Of a DNA stretch of 64,000 nucleotides, positions 35,783 to 44,803 are shown piece by piece. The translations under genes and the position numbers were made by a program. The stretch is taken from IMG/VR virus record IMGVR_UViG_3300049182_000124. One strand, given 5' to 3'. The DNA is from a virus. Numbering within the stretch: the stretch's first letter is position 1; each line of letters opens with the position of its first letter. A model generated the notes under the pieces. It saw only the letters and a list, made by a program, of their open reading frames with translations. It did no database searches and was not told the origin of the DNA.

Positions 35783-36856
35783 CTAAAGACGGTCAGCCGG
35801 CTGCACAAGGGGGGAGTCAACGGCGTGGAGTTCTCGCCCGGATTCCGCGGGCTTGGGCGCGCGCTCGAGAAAGTGGCGCACGAACTGGTCGACGATGTGG
35901 CGAACGAACGGCTTCTCGACGTGGCGCTTGTCACCTCGCCAAACGGTAGCCGGATCGGCCAGCGTCGCCATCTCGTACGACGGAAAATAGACGACGTCAC
36001 CATGGTCACGGCAAAACTCACCCGCGGCAGCGCGCAGGGTGGCCTTTGACTCTGCGTTCGCTTCGATGACGTCTCGGTCGGTGTAGGTGAACGTCAGCGG
36101 GATCGGCGACACGGTCACGACAAAGAGCGCGCCCGGTTTGCAGTGTTCGCGGATCAAAGAGTGCATCGCGTTCAGGTGGGAGAGGGTCTCGGCAAACGAA
36201 AGCACGTGGAGCTCGACCGTGTGCTGTCGCCGCATCTCGCGAGCGGTCGGCGACACATTTCGGTACAGCCCAGAGTGCGGGTCGTAGCCAGCCTCCGTGA
36301 GCCCCAGAGTCACGACGATCACATCTGCGCTTCGCAGGCCCTGCTGATCTCTCCAGAAGCGGTGACGCCTCTCTATCACCGCCGCGGGCGCATCCGGTAA
36401 AACCTGGTGGTAGTGGGCGTCGAACCACTTCCCGTCGCCGGTCTCCACCAGCAGGGCGTCGTCCGGCACGACATGCGAGCCCTCCAATAGCCTTCGAAAC
36501 TCGAGCAGCATCGACGCAGTGTTGTAGCGGTTGAGAAGTCCAGATTCGGGTACGCCCGAATCGTCGATCGAGTGGGCTCCCTCTACGCGGCTCATGATTT
36601 CGAGCCCACGCGCGGCGCAAACCCTCTCGATCTCACGAGCGAAGCAACTGCCCATCGCGAAGAGTGAACCAGAGCGGTTGATGGTGTGCGCCGTGCCGGA
36701 AAGCCGCATCGGCAACGTGGACTTGTACAGCCGCGCGCTCGCGCAATGGGGATCGCTGCCCGGCTCGCTCGAATCCTTCCCCTTTCCCCACTGATTGTGG
36801 GTGTTCCTGCGGAAGTTCGACCACATCTGCTGCACCGACAACGAAGCGCGACTCAT
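35783..36856 (-). CDS. GSCFA-domain (SGNH-like esterase) protein, antisense moron
   Basis: LFAMGSCFAREIE, RYNT, VVTLGLTE, VTVSPIPL, EANAESKATLRAAA, YFPSYE, DKRHV; real start probably ATG 36856, not 37510. Confidence 0.9.
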   Translation of the reverse strand: MSRASLSVQQMWSNFRRNTHNQWGKGKDSSEPGSDPHCASARLYKSTLPMRLSGTAHTINRSGSLFAMGSCFAREIERVCAARGLEIMSRVEGAHSIDDSGVPESGLLNRYNTASMLLEFRRLLEGSHVVPDDALLVETGDGKWFDAHYHQVLPDAPAAVIERRHRFWRDQQGLRSADVIVVTLGLTEAGYDPHSGLYRNVSPTAREMRRQHTVELHVLSFAETLSHLNAMHSLIREHCKPGALFVVTVSPIPLTFTYTDRDVIEANAESKATLRAAAGEFCRDHGDVVYFPSYEMATLADPATVWRGDKRHVEKPFVRHIVDQFVRHFLERAPKPAESGRELHAVDSPLVQPADRL

Positions 36857-36919
36857 GCGCCGCAACGCTAGCGGCACGCGCCCAAAACCGCCACCGCGGC
36901 TTGAAAAAGTACCAGAACC

Positions 36920-37336
36920 ATGGCCGAAGACGTCATCCAATTCCAGCTTCCCGCACCGATCAGGCTCGGCGCGGCCCCTACGCCAGGCAGACCCGACGAG
37001 CGTCACGAGTACTCCCTTAGCGACATGGTGGCCCACTTCGGGCGCCGCGCGCGCGAGTACAACGAAAACGCCGAGGCGGCCCGCATGTACCGCCGCACGC
37101 AGAGCGCGATCGATAACCCGGACAAGAAGAACCAGGTGACGCTCGAGCGGGAAGATCTGCGAGTGCTCAAAGCGCTGGCGGAAGCGCCGCGCTGCGGTTG
37201 GGCGGAGGCTGTCGTCGCCTTCGAAGAGGAGGTCGACGACGGAAAGGGAGGAACCCGCATCCGCAAAGGAAAACGGCGCGTCAACCTTGCCGCGCACGTC
37301 TTTCTGCCGCTCATCGACGCGATCCCAGCTCCCTAG
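36920..37336 (+). CDS. hypothetical protein (possible tail-spike chaperone/adaptor)
   Basis: 138-aa GC3-rich ORF preceding the tailspike. Confidence 0.7.
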   Translation: MAEDVIQFQLPAPIRLGAAPTPGRPDERHEYSLSDMVAHFGRRAREYNENAEAARMYRRTQSAIDNPDKKNQVTLEREDLRVLKALAEAPRCGWAEAVVAFEEEVDDGKGGTRIRKGKRRVNLAAHVFLPLIDAIPAP

Positions 37337-37376
37337 TGGTCCTGCAAGGTTTCCGCCACCGCTGTTCGGACTCGCA

Positions 37377-39956
37377 ATGTCTACTCCTGCAAACGTACAA
37401 CTCCTGATCACGCTGGACGGTGGTCCGCCGCAGAGCGGCAAAGTCACCGCTGCGCATGACGATGTTGTCGTGCTCAAGCTCGCCAGCACCAGTGGTGTCA
37501 AAAAGGCCAAGTACCGTATTCGGGACTACCCGGAGGGGTTCGCCTGCCCCGCAGGCTGGACGAACGAAAACGGTAGGTACGTCGCGGTAACGACCAATGG
37601 CGCCGACGCGCCTCCCTTCACGCTGCCAGCGGCGCTCTACGCTGAGCAGGCCGGAAAGTATGCGTTCGACGTCGAGGTCAACGACCGTCGCCGCAATGGC
37701 GCGATCGCCAGCGACCTTTACTACAAGCATACGAACCTTGAGATTCCGTTCCCTACGGGTGTCGAAGATGTCTTCTTCGAAGAAGAGGACGAATTCGAGG
37801 AGGCCAGCACTTCGATCCTGAAGCGTTCGTGGACTCGCGCGATCAAGGCGCTGGTGCGGCGCTACAACGAAGGCCTTCCAGGAACGGGCGACATGTCCGG
37901 CCCCGCTTCGTCGGTGTCGGGGCGCATCGCTTTGATGAGCGGCACCAGCGGCAAGCTCATCGCCCAGAGCGCGCGCAGCATCGCTGAGATTCAGCGGACC
38001 GACTTCAATGTTGTCTATTATGGCGCTTCTACCGCGGCGACCGGCGCGACAAACAGAGCCGCCTTTAACGCCGCGATCGTTGCCGCCAACGCGGCCTACG
38101 TGGCGACGGGAGCGCAGCAAGTCGTGCTCGTGCCGCCCGGCCGATACCGGCTCGAGCCGAGCGCATCGTCGTCGTGGAACTTGCCGCTGTATGGCTCAAC
38201 GGCGCAGATGCACATCGCCGTCAATCTGCTTTCTGGAGTCACGATCATCTTTGATGAGGCCGAGATCGTGGCCGTCCCGCCAGCGGGCGCCGACTCGAGC
38301 TGGTACTACGCCTTGTTCGGCACCGCCCTCAACATGACGGTCGGCACCTTGAAGAGCGTCAAGCTCCTGGGGCTCCGAATGGACTTCACGACGGTCTACT
38401 GGACGTCGGACCACACCAATCTCGTTGGCATCGTTGCAGTTGGGGTCGACGATCTCGAGGTGCGCGATGTGCTTTGCGTGCGCACCGCCGGAACCGCCGG
38501 CGCAACGGGACGCATCGCCAAGGTGATGAACTGCAAGCGCGTCAAGCTCACGGGCCTCGATGCGCGCGATATCTCACAGGCTGTCTACCTGAACTACTGC
38601 TCCGACGTCGAGATCCGCGGGCGCGCAGAAGGTACCCACGAGGGATTCGATATCGATCAGCCGTGCCAGCGCGTTAAGTGCTTTTTCAGCATGATCAACG
38701 GCACGGGCAACGAGCAGCAATGCGCCGACATCGCTGGTGTAACGGACGGCTACTTCGAGCTCTTTTGCGAGAACATTGGTCAAGCCTTCAACGTCTACAC
38801 AAAGCCGGACTGCCACCCGACCTTCGCGGACTGGGTGACAAAGTTCCCGACTGCCACGAACGCTGTGGCCCCCGTCCACCCAAAGCGCGTCAAGATCGTC
38901 GCGCGCGGCAAGAATATTCACAGTTCGCGCACGCGCGCGGGTCAGGTGAGTAACCGTCGAGACGACACCTTTGGCGCCGGCTACTGGAACGGAACAGGGA
39001 TCGCAACAGACATCACGCTCGACGTGGCGTTTGAAGATTCCGATCCGGTCGTTGTTTTCGAGTGCGAAAATTTGACGACCGACATCGCGCTCGATTACAC
39101 GAACCTGGACGGGGAAGCGGCCAGCGCGAACAACAACAACTTCGCTCTCATCCTCCGGTCCGAGCATGTGGGCGGGGCCACGGTGTTGAACGAGAGCAAG
39201 CTGAGTGGTCGCGTCCGCGCAACCATCCGCGGCTCTGAGCGCGGCGGTATCCTGGTGCTGGCACCGACCGATCTTGAACTCGAGGCGAACATCGACGGGT
39301 ACAACTCCATCGAGGACGCCACGTCTAACTCGAATTGCGGCTTACGCGCCGAGCGCTTGGCGGCAAAGCCCGGTGTGTTCACGTACAAGAACCTGCGTAT
39401 CAAAGGCGGCGACCTGGCTCCCGTAGTGCCAGTCGATGTGAGCATCAGCAATGACTCCGCCACTGGCGCCACCGGCTACACCCGCCTTCGGGACCTCGGC
39501 GGCCACCGGCTGAGCAGCGGCGGGACGCCCATGTCGGTTGCATCCAGCCCTGAGTTTCAGGGTCAGAAGACCTACGAGACCACGATCTCGATCGACACGA
39601 CGACCGCCACCAACGACATCAAGGTGAAGCTCGTCAAGGAGGGCGGCCTTCGTCTGCTCGCGGCCTACGCGACCAGCCTGGGCGCCATCACCGGAACCAG
39701 CGGAACGAACTACACCTCGCTGTCGATGCGTCGCATTCGCGCTGGGGTTACGAGCTCAGCCATCGGCACCGACACGCCCTACGACAACGCGAACCGTGCC
39801 GCCTGGGAGGAAGTCAGTCTGCAGGTCGACGGCACCGATGCCGACGGTGTTTTCATCGCGGGCGACCACATCGCGGTGCGCGCGAGCAAGCAGGGCGCCG
39901 GCTCGTCGCGGGCCAACATTCAGATTCGCCTCGTGTTCGCCGAATACTCCCTCTAA
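37377..39956 (+). CDS. tailspike/depolymerase with right-handed beta-helix (pectate_lyase_3-like)
   Basis: GDMSGPASS...GTSGKLI fibre motif; FNVVYYGA...RAAFNAAI...VLVPPGRY beta-helix cap. Confidence 0.85.
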   Translation: MSTPANVQLLITLDGGPPQSGKVTAAHDDVVVLKLASTSGVKKAKYRIRDYPEGFACPAGWTNENGRYVAVTTNGADAPPFTLPAALYAEQAGKYAFDVEVNDRRRNGAIASDLYYKHTNLEIPFPTGVEDVFFEEEDEFEEASTSILKRSWTRAIKALVRRYNEGLPGTGDMSGPASSVSGRIALMSGTSGKLIAQSARSIAEIQRTDFNVVYYGASTAATGATNRAAFNAAIVAANAAYVATGAQQVVLVPPGRYRLEPSASSSWNLPLYGSTAQMHIAVNLLSGVTIIFDEAEIVAVPPAGADSSWYYALFGTALNMTVGTLKSVKLLGLRMDFTTVYWTSDHTNLVGIVAVGVDDLEVRDVLCVRTAGTAGATGRIAKVMNCKRVKLTGLDARDISQAVYLNYCSDVEIRGRAEGTHEGFDIDQPCQRVKCFFSMINGTGNEQQCADIAGVTDGYFELFCENIGQAFNVYTKPDCHPTFADWVTKFPTATNAVAPVHPKRVKIVARGKNIHSSRTRAGQVSNRRDDTFGAGYWNGTGIATDITLDVAFEDSDPVVVFECENLTTDIALDYTNLDGEAASANNNNFALILRSEHVGGATVLNESKLSGRVRATIRGSERGGILVLAPTDLELEANIDGYNSIEDATSNSNCGLRAERLAAKPGVFTYKNLRIKGGDLAPVVPVDVSISNDSATGATGYTRLRDLGGHRLSSGGTPMSVASSPEFQGQKTYETTISIDTTTATNDIKVKLVKEGGLRLLAAYATSLGAITGTSGTNYTSLSMRRIRAGVTSSAIGTDTPYDNANRAAWEEVSLQVDGTDADGVFIAGDHIAVRASKQGAGSSRANIQIRLVFAEYSL

Positions 39957-40060
39957 CGCAACTGACAACCTGACTCGGGCCTAACCGGCCGCGCAAACCC
40001 AACGACCCGGAATTCACCGGGCGACCGAACCGTCGGCGCGTGCGTGGGAAAGAAATCGCC

Positions 40061-40318
40061 ATGACCAAAGAACAAATGGAAACGAAGCTATCGCTGTTGC
40101 CGCTGCTCATCCCGTGCACGGCATCGTATTCCGAAGCAGATGGCATGCCTCAGATTCAGATCAGCTTCGCGTCGATCCCGGGCCCCGGCACAGCTGTGGC
40201 CAGTGTCGACCTGGATCCATCTGAAGCGCAGTTGCAGGAGCTAGCGAGTTTCCTCCCACTGCTCGCAGCGGACCGATTGGCTGCGCTCGCGATCCTGTTG
40301 GCTGCCCCGCTCCCGTGA
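40061..40318 (+). CDS. hypothetical protein
   Basis: 85-aa ORF after the tailspike. Confidence 0.55.
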   Translation: MTKEQMETKLSLLPLLIPCTASYSEADGMPQIQISFASIPGPGTAVASVDLDPSEAQLQELASFLPLLAADRLAALAILLAAPLP

Positions 40319-40326
40319 GTTGACGC

Positions 40327-41106
40327 ATGGGAAATTTCTCCGACTACGCGGCCCACAAGCTGCTTGACCTGACTCTTGGCGCCGCCGCTTTCACGTCACC
40401 AGCGACCGGCTACAACTCCTTGCACACCGCAACGCTGAACGGCTCTGGCGGCGGCACGGAGGTCAGCGGAAACAACTACAGTCGCAAGTCGACCACCCTG
40501 AACACAACGAACTTTCCCGCAGCATCAGCAGGAGCGATCGCGCTCGCGGTGCGCCAAACGTTCGCCACGGCGTCAGGATCGTGGGGCACGGTAACGGACG
40601 GTGGCCTCTGGGACGCATCGAGCGCCGGCAACCTGCTCGTTTACGACGTTCTCGCTACAGCCCAAGCGATCGTCAGCGGTGACGCACCTTACCTCGAAGC
40701 CGCCACCGGGCTACTCGTCAGCCTCACGGGCGACTTGTCGACGTACCTGGCGAACAAGTGGCTCGATCACCTGCTCAACGGGACGGCGTTTTCGCCGCCC
40801 GGCACGCTCTACCTCGGGCTATTCGTGAGCAATGTGGAGGTGAGCGGCAACAGCTACAGCCGCAAGTCTGTGACCAACAACGCGACCAATTTCCCGGCCG
40901 CGTCGGGTCGCGCGAAGTCGCTGGCCACCGAGCAGCTGTTCGCCGATCCATCCGGCTCATGGGGCACAGTCGACGAGGTGCGGATCTTCGACGCCTTGAG
41001 CGGCGGCAACGCGCTCTTCAGCAAGTCGCTGACCACGCCGCGAGCGATCGGCGTCTCGAACCCGGGCCGCTTCGCCGCTGGTAGTCTGACGTTCACCGTG
41101 AACTGA
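40327..41106 (+). CDS. virion fibre-associated protein made of two tandem homologous domains
   Basis: EVSGNNYSRKSTT.N.TNFPAAS...SGSWGTV...DA..GN twice. Confidence 0.8.
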   Translation: MGNFSDYAAHKLLDLTLGAAAFTSPATGYNSLHTATLNGSGGGTEVSGNNYSRKSTTLNTTNFPAASAGAIALAVRQTFATASGSWGTVTDGGLWDASSAGNLLVYDVLATAQAIVSGDAPYLEAATGLLVSLTGDLSTYLANKWLDHLLNGTAFSPPGTLYLGLFVSNVEVSGNSYSRKSVTNNATNFPAASGRAKSLATEQLFADPSGSWGTVDEVRIFDALSGGNALFSKSLTTPRAIGVSNPGRFAAGSLTFTVN

Positions 41107-41112
41107 GGGCCC

Positions 41113-42282
41113 GTGGCCGGCATTACATCCCGAATCACCGACGTACCAGGCATCACGTCGGTCATCTCAGATGCGCCATTGCAATTCAGTCGGTTGCTGG
41201 CGGCAGCGATTGGGATCTCCCCGTCTGTCGCCGCGCAACTAACTGTAGCGGTGCCACTGGCCGGCGGAGTAGGGATCTCCCCGTCTGTCGCCGCGCAGCT
41301 CACGGTAGCGCGCCAACTAGCTGCTGGCCTGGGTCTTTCGCCAGACGTAGTCGCGACGCTGATCAACCCACGGCTGCTGGCAGCGGCGCCGTCCATTGTG
41401 TCAACGGTGGCGGCGACGCTGACCAACCCGAAAGCGCTGGCGGCAGCCGTTGGGGTCACGCCGAGCGTCTCAATGGCGCTCACGAATGCGCGCGCGTTGG
41501 CCGCCGCTCTTGGTGTTTCGCCAGCCGTCGCGGCGACGCTGTCCAATCCGCTATCAAGCCCGCTCAACATTGCAGGATGCGTTGCGTGGTTCGACATGCA
41601 GGACGCAGCCAGCTACACGCAAGCTGGCACCGTCACATCGATCACTAATAAGGCGAGTTCAGTTGCGTGGAACACAGCTCAGACCGCCTTCCCGAACTAT
41701 TCCGCCGCGGGCCTCAACGGTCATCCGTGCATGGACCTAAACGGCGTCACGATGGGCATTTCCTCAACGGAAGCCGCCGTGGTGTCAGCCTTCACCAATA
41801 CGCCGGCCTACACAGTTCTGGGCGTAGTGCAGCAGGATCTAGTCGATAGCGTCAATGCCTGGTTCGGCTTCGGATCTTCAGCCGTATCGGGTGTTCCAAA
41901 CTCTGGCTACTTCGGCACGAACACGACGGCCGCCGGCGTTTGGATTGCAGCGGTCCGTACCTCTGCCGGGACTGCGATCAATGCCGAGTCGTCGGCCACG
42001 GCTAACTCAAACGCTAACGTCCAGGAAGTTTGGCACACAGGCACCATGGTCTCCTGGTCGAGCAATGGCGCAGCGGCTGACCCGAGCGCCATTGCTCAGG
42101 ACTCTGCGTCGGTGGCTCCAAATAGGTGCGCCATAGGCTGCAATCCTCGACAGACCCCCGTCGCTTTCCTGGACGGGAAGATCGGCGAGATTGTGATTTA
42201 CAACACCGAACTCAGCGCCGCTCTCAGGTCTCGAGTTCGTCAGTACCTCGGGACCAAGTGGGGGATCTCGGTCGCAGCATGA
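41113..42282 (+). CDS. fibre protein: six ~20-aa repeats plus LamG/ConA-like lectin head
   Basis: LAAA(I/V/L)G(I/V)SPSVAA.LT repeats; CVAWFD...VTSITNK and FLDGKIGEIVIYNTELS...YLGTKWGI. Confidence 0.8.
   Translation: MAGITSRITDVPGITSVISDAPLQFSRLLAAAIGISPSVAAQLTVAVPLAGGVGISPSVAAQLTVARQLAAGLGLSPDVVATLINPRLLAAAPSIVSTVAATLTNPKALAAAVGVTPSVSMALTNARALAAALGVSPAVAATLSNPLSSPLNIAGCVAWFDMQDAASYTQAGTVTSITNKASSVAWNTAQTAFPNYSAAGLNGHPCMDLNGVTMGISSTEAAVVSAFTNTPAYTVLGVVQQDLVDSVNAWFGFGSSAVSGVPNSGYFGTNTTAAGVWIAAVRTSAGTAINAESSATANSNANVQEVWHTGTMVSWSSNGAAADPSAIAQDSASVAPNRCAIGCNPRQTPVAFLDGKIGEIVIYNTELSAALRSRVRQYLGTKWGISVAA
41185..41550 (+). repeat. 60-bp coding tandem repeat (~6 units)
   Basis: gggatctccccgtctgtcgccgcgca identical at 41212 and 41272; degenerate further units. 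Confidence 0.85.
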
Positions 42283-42548
42283 CCAGAGGCGAAGCGATCG
42301 CAAGGTTGGCTAGGGTGGACCCGCGCGCAAGTGTCGCGGTGGACGAGTTCGTCGAGAATGGCGCCGCCAGGCACCGCTACCGCTACGTCAACCCTGACGG
42401 AGCTGGAGTTTGCACCATTGAGATCGACGCCGAGCCGGGCGATCTACAAGTCGCGGAACTGGTCAAGAATCTCCCTATCCCTGCGGACCGACGCTCTGAG
42501 GCGGCGGCCATCATGAGCGGCAGGGCGCCAGTCGCCGCGCCCCGTTGA
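42279..42548 (+). CDS. hypothetical protein
   Basis: ATGA coupling, 89 aa. Confidence 0.6.
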   Translation: MTRGEAIARLARVDPRASVAVDEFVENGAARHRYRYVNPDGAGVCTIEIDAEPGDLQVAELVKNLPIPADRRSEAAAIMSGRAPVAAPR

Positions 42549-42562
42549 AACGAAGCACCTAG

Positions 42563-42925
42563 ATGGCCAAACCGATCAACGAAGACATCTCGGTCGTGCG
42601 CGGCGATGATGACGATAAGTTCGTCGACTTCAGCGTCGACGTCTCCGAGCTCGATGAGGTTTGGTTCACGGTCCGCGAGGAGTGGCGCACTGAGAGCGAC
42701 GCCAGCGATGGCGCCGTGGTGTTCCAGGCCAAGATGAGCACTGGCGGGATGCAGGCTGGTAGCACCAGCAAGCAGCTGCGGTTGCCCCTGCCGAGTGCGC
42801 AGACCACCACCTGGTGGTTTTCCCAGTACGTCTACGACGTGCAGGTCTCCGCGGGCGGGAAGATCACGACGACACAGCGGGGGATCCTCCGTGTTGAGCC
42901 GGACGTTACGGCGTCGCTTGCGTAG
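42563..42925 (+). CDS. Ig-like/BppU-N-like virion protein
   Basis: VVRGD...YVYDVQV..G.ITT..RGILRVEPDVT pattern. Confidence 0.7.
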   Translation: MAKPINEDISVVRGDDDDKFVDFSVDVSELDEVWFTVREEWRTESDASDGAVVFQAKMSTGGMQAGSTSKQLRLPLPSAQTTTWWFSQYVYDVQVSAGGKITTTQRGILRVEPDVTASLA

Positions 42926-43012
42926 CGCGCCAATCACCTCACCGCCGCGCTCGGCTCGCCCGTCGCCTCCCACGCCAGGCGGTGAGCGCGTGCGGTTCTT
43001 TTGGAGACAGAA

Positions 43013-43654
43013 ATGGAAACCGAAGCCATCGGCGCCATCGCGCGCGAAGTGTCACCCGCTGCCATAGCCGGAGCGATCGTCGCCGTCCTGCTGGCATTCA
43101 GCCGCAAGGCTCCGCTCATGACTCGACTGTGGGCGATGCTCCCGCACCCGTGGCCTGTCGTGATACCGGCGCTCGTCGCGCTGATCCCGCAGATCGTCGA
43201 TGTCATGAAGGACGTTTCGACCTGGGGAGGCTTCGCGCTCTCGCTGTTTACGGCGTTCTCGATCGCGGCGCCCGGCTTCGAGGCTGCGCGACCCAAGGAC
43301 AAGGATGACAAGGGACCGCCGAGCGGAAAGCCCGTTGGCCCCTGGGTGGATGTCGACGCCGAGAAGACGCCGCCGAGTTTGCCGGGCGTAACCCGCTTCA
43401 TCGCGATCGGCTGGATGCTGCTCGCTTGCGCGCTGCTCGGCGGCTGCGGCCTCTTCACGGCACAGGGCGCCAAGAGCGCGCAAGATCTCGCTCACGACCT
43501 CTGCGTACTGCACTACGGCAAGGCTAAGCCCGCGTTGTCGCTCGATGACGTCGCGCGCACGTATTGCAAAGACGTCGACCCCTGGCTCGAGGCCATCGTT
43601 GGCGCTGAAAAGCTGGGCGCCGCCAAGGCTGCGGCGAAGGCGCCGAAACGATGA
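43013..43654 (+). CDS. holin-like multi-TM protein with internal lipobox
   Basis: Three hydrophobic segments in the N-terminal half, then FIAIGWMLLACALLGG|C (Cys145). Confidence 0.65.
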   Translation: METEAIGAIAREVSPAAIAGAIVAVLLAFSRKAPLMTRLWAMLPHPWPVVIPALVALIPQIVDVMKDVSTWGGFALSLFTAFSIAAPGFEAARPKDKDDKGPPSGKPVGPWVDVDAEKTPPSLPGVTRFIAIGWMLLACALLGGCGLFTAQGAKSAQDLAHDLCVLHYGKAKPALSLDDVARTYCKDVDPWLEAIVGAEKLGAAKAAAKAPKR

Positions 43655-44379
43655 TCCGCCGCGGTCTCGGCTACCTGCCCGACGCGCCCAGCATCCACGA
43701 TCGGCTGTTCCGCGCGCACCCGAAGTCAGCAATCTCCCTGCCCGCGTCCGTTTCGCTCTGGGATGACCGCTGCGAGATCAAAGATCAGGGGCAGACAAAC
43801 AGCTGCGTCGGGCAGGCCTTCAGTCAAGGCATCCGTCTGGCGTATCTGTTCGCCGGCATCGACTGCCCGGAGCTGAGCGCGGAGTTCGTGTACTACCTCG
43901 CGCGTCTCCAGCACGGTGGCGAGAATGAGGACGTCGGCACATACCTGCGGTCAGGCGCTCAGGCCGTGAAGAAGTTCGGCGCGGCCACCGAGGAATCGTG
44001 GTCATTCGAAGAATGGCGCATCAACGAGAAGCCTAGCTTGGGCGCGCTCCAAAGCGCTTACGACCGCATGCGGGGCTACTACCGCATTGAGGAAGGCGAC
44101 ATCGACGGCGTGCGCAGGGCGCTTGCCGCTGGCTGTCCCGTCGTTGGCGGCTGGCAAGTATCGGAGTCCTTCCTTTATTGGGAAGGAGGAACGATCCCCG
44201 AGCAGACGAGCGATACCGTCGGTGGGCACGCGCTCTGTCTCGATGGGTACGACTCCGACGGCACCTTCACGGGAGTCAACTCGTGGGCCAGAGACTGGGC
44301 TGACGAAGGCCGCTTTCGGGCGAGTGAGCGTTTCGTAAAACAAGCAAATGACCTTTGGGCCCTGGACGTGACGCCATGA
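43651..44379 (+). CDS. papain-like C1A cysteine peptidase
   Basis: KDQGQTNSC (Cys52), GGHAL (His193), VNSWA..W (Asn210); N-terminal GLGYLPD..D. Confidence 0.92.
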   Translation: MIRRGLGYLPDAPSIHDRLFRAHPKSAISLPASVSLWDDRCEIKDQGQTNSCVGQAFSQGIRLAYLFAGIDCPELSAEFVYYLARLQHGGENEDVGTYLRSGAQAVKKFGAATEESWSFEEWRINEKPSLGALQSAYDRMRGYYRIEEGDIDGVRRALAAGCPVVGGWQVSESFLYWEGGTIPEQTSDTVGGHALCLDGYDSDGTFTGVNSWARDWADEGRFRASERFVKQANDLWALDVTP

Positions 44380-44639
44380 AAAGCCCGCTCATTGCTTTCC
44401 TCGCGCTGGCTTGCAGTACCGCTCCGCTGCCGCCCGTGCCGCCGGTGCCCGCGGGCGAAGCGTCGTGCGCTACCGCCTGCCGTCGCATGCAGGATTTGCG
44501 GTGCCCAGAGGGCGACAACACTCCAGCCGGCGCTTCATGCCTCAACGTCTGCTGGAACGCGGAGGAGAACGGCCTCACGTTGCCCGTGCGCTGCCTGACC
44601 GAGGCCAGGAGCTGCGACGCAGCGGAGCGCTGCCAATGA
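44376..44639 (+). CDS. Cys-rich lipoprotein (o-spanin candidate)
   Basis: MKSPLIAFLALA|C, Pro-rich linker, multiple Cys. Confidence 0.7.
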   Translation: MKSPLIAFLALACSTAPLPPVPPVPAGEASCATACRRMQDLRCPEGDNTPAGASCLNVCWNAEENGLTLPVRCLTEARSCDAAERCQ

Positions 44640-44803
44640 CCATCGCCGCCCTCCTGATCGCGCTCGTGATCATCGGCGTGGCAATGGCGCTCCTGCCAAT
44701 GGAACAGACGGTCCGTCGCCTGATCCTGGTGATCGTCGTGGTCGTGGCGCTGGTCTGGCTGCTCTCGGCGCTGGGTATCTTGCCGGCTGTGAGGTTTCGG
44801 TGA
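44636..44803 (+). CDS. two-TM small membrane protein (holin candidate)
   Basis: MTIAALLIALVIIGVAMALL...LILVIVVVVALVWLLSALG. Confidence 0.7.
   Translation: MTIAALLIALVIIGVAMALLPMEQTVRRLILVIVVVVALVWLLSALGILPAVRFR

Noticed and set aside
35771-36049. Plus-strand ORF between tail fibre and GSCFA
   Set aside because: Antisense shadow of the GSCFA C-terminus, no RBS or motifs
36857-37510. N-terminal 218 aa of the 575-aa minus ORF
   Set aside because: Antisense to real plus-strand genes 36920 and 37377; GSCFA homology and a plausible ATG begin at 36856
34529-42282. DGR or invertible tail-fibre switch
   Set aside because: No reverse transcriptase, no TR/VR pair with A-specific mismatches, no invertase or flanking inverted repeats seen
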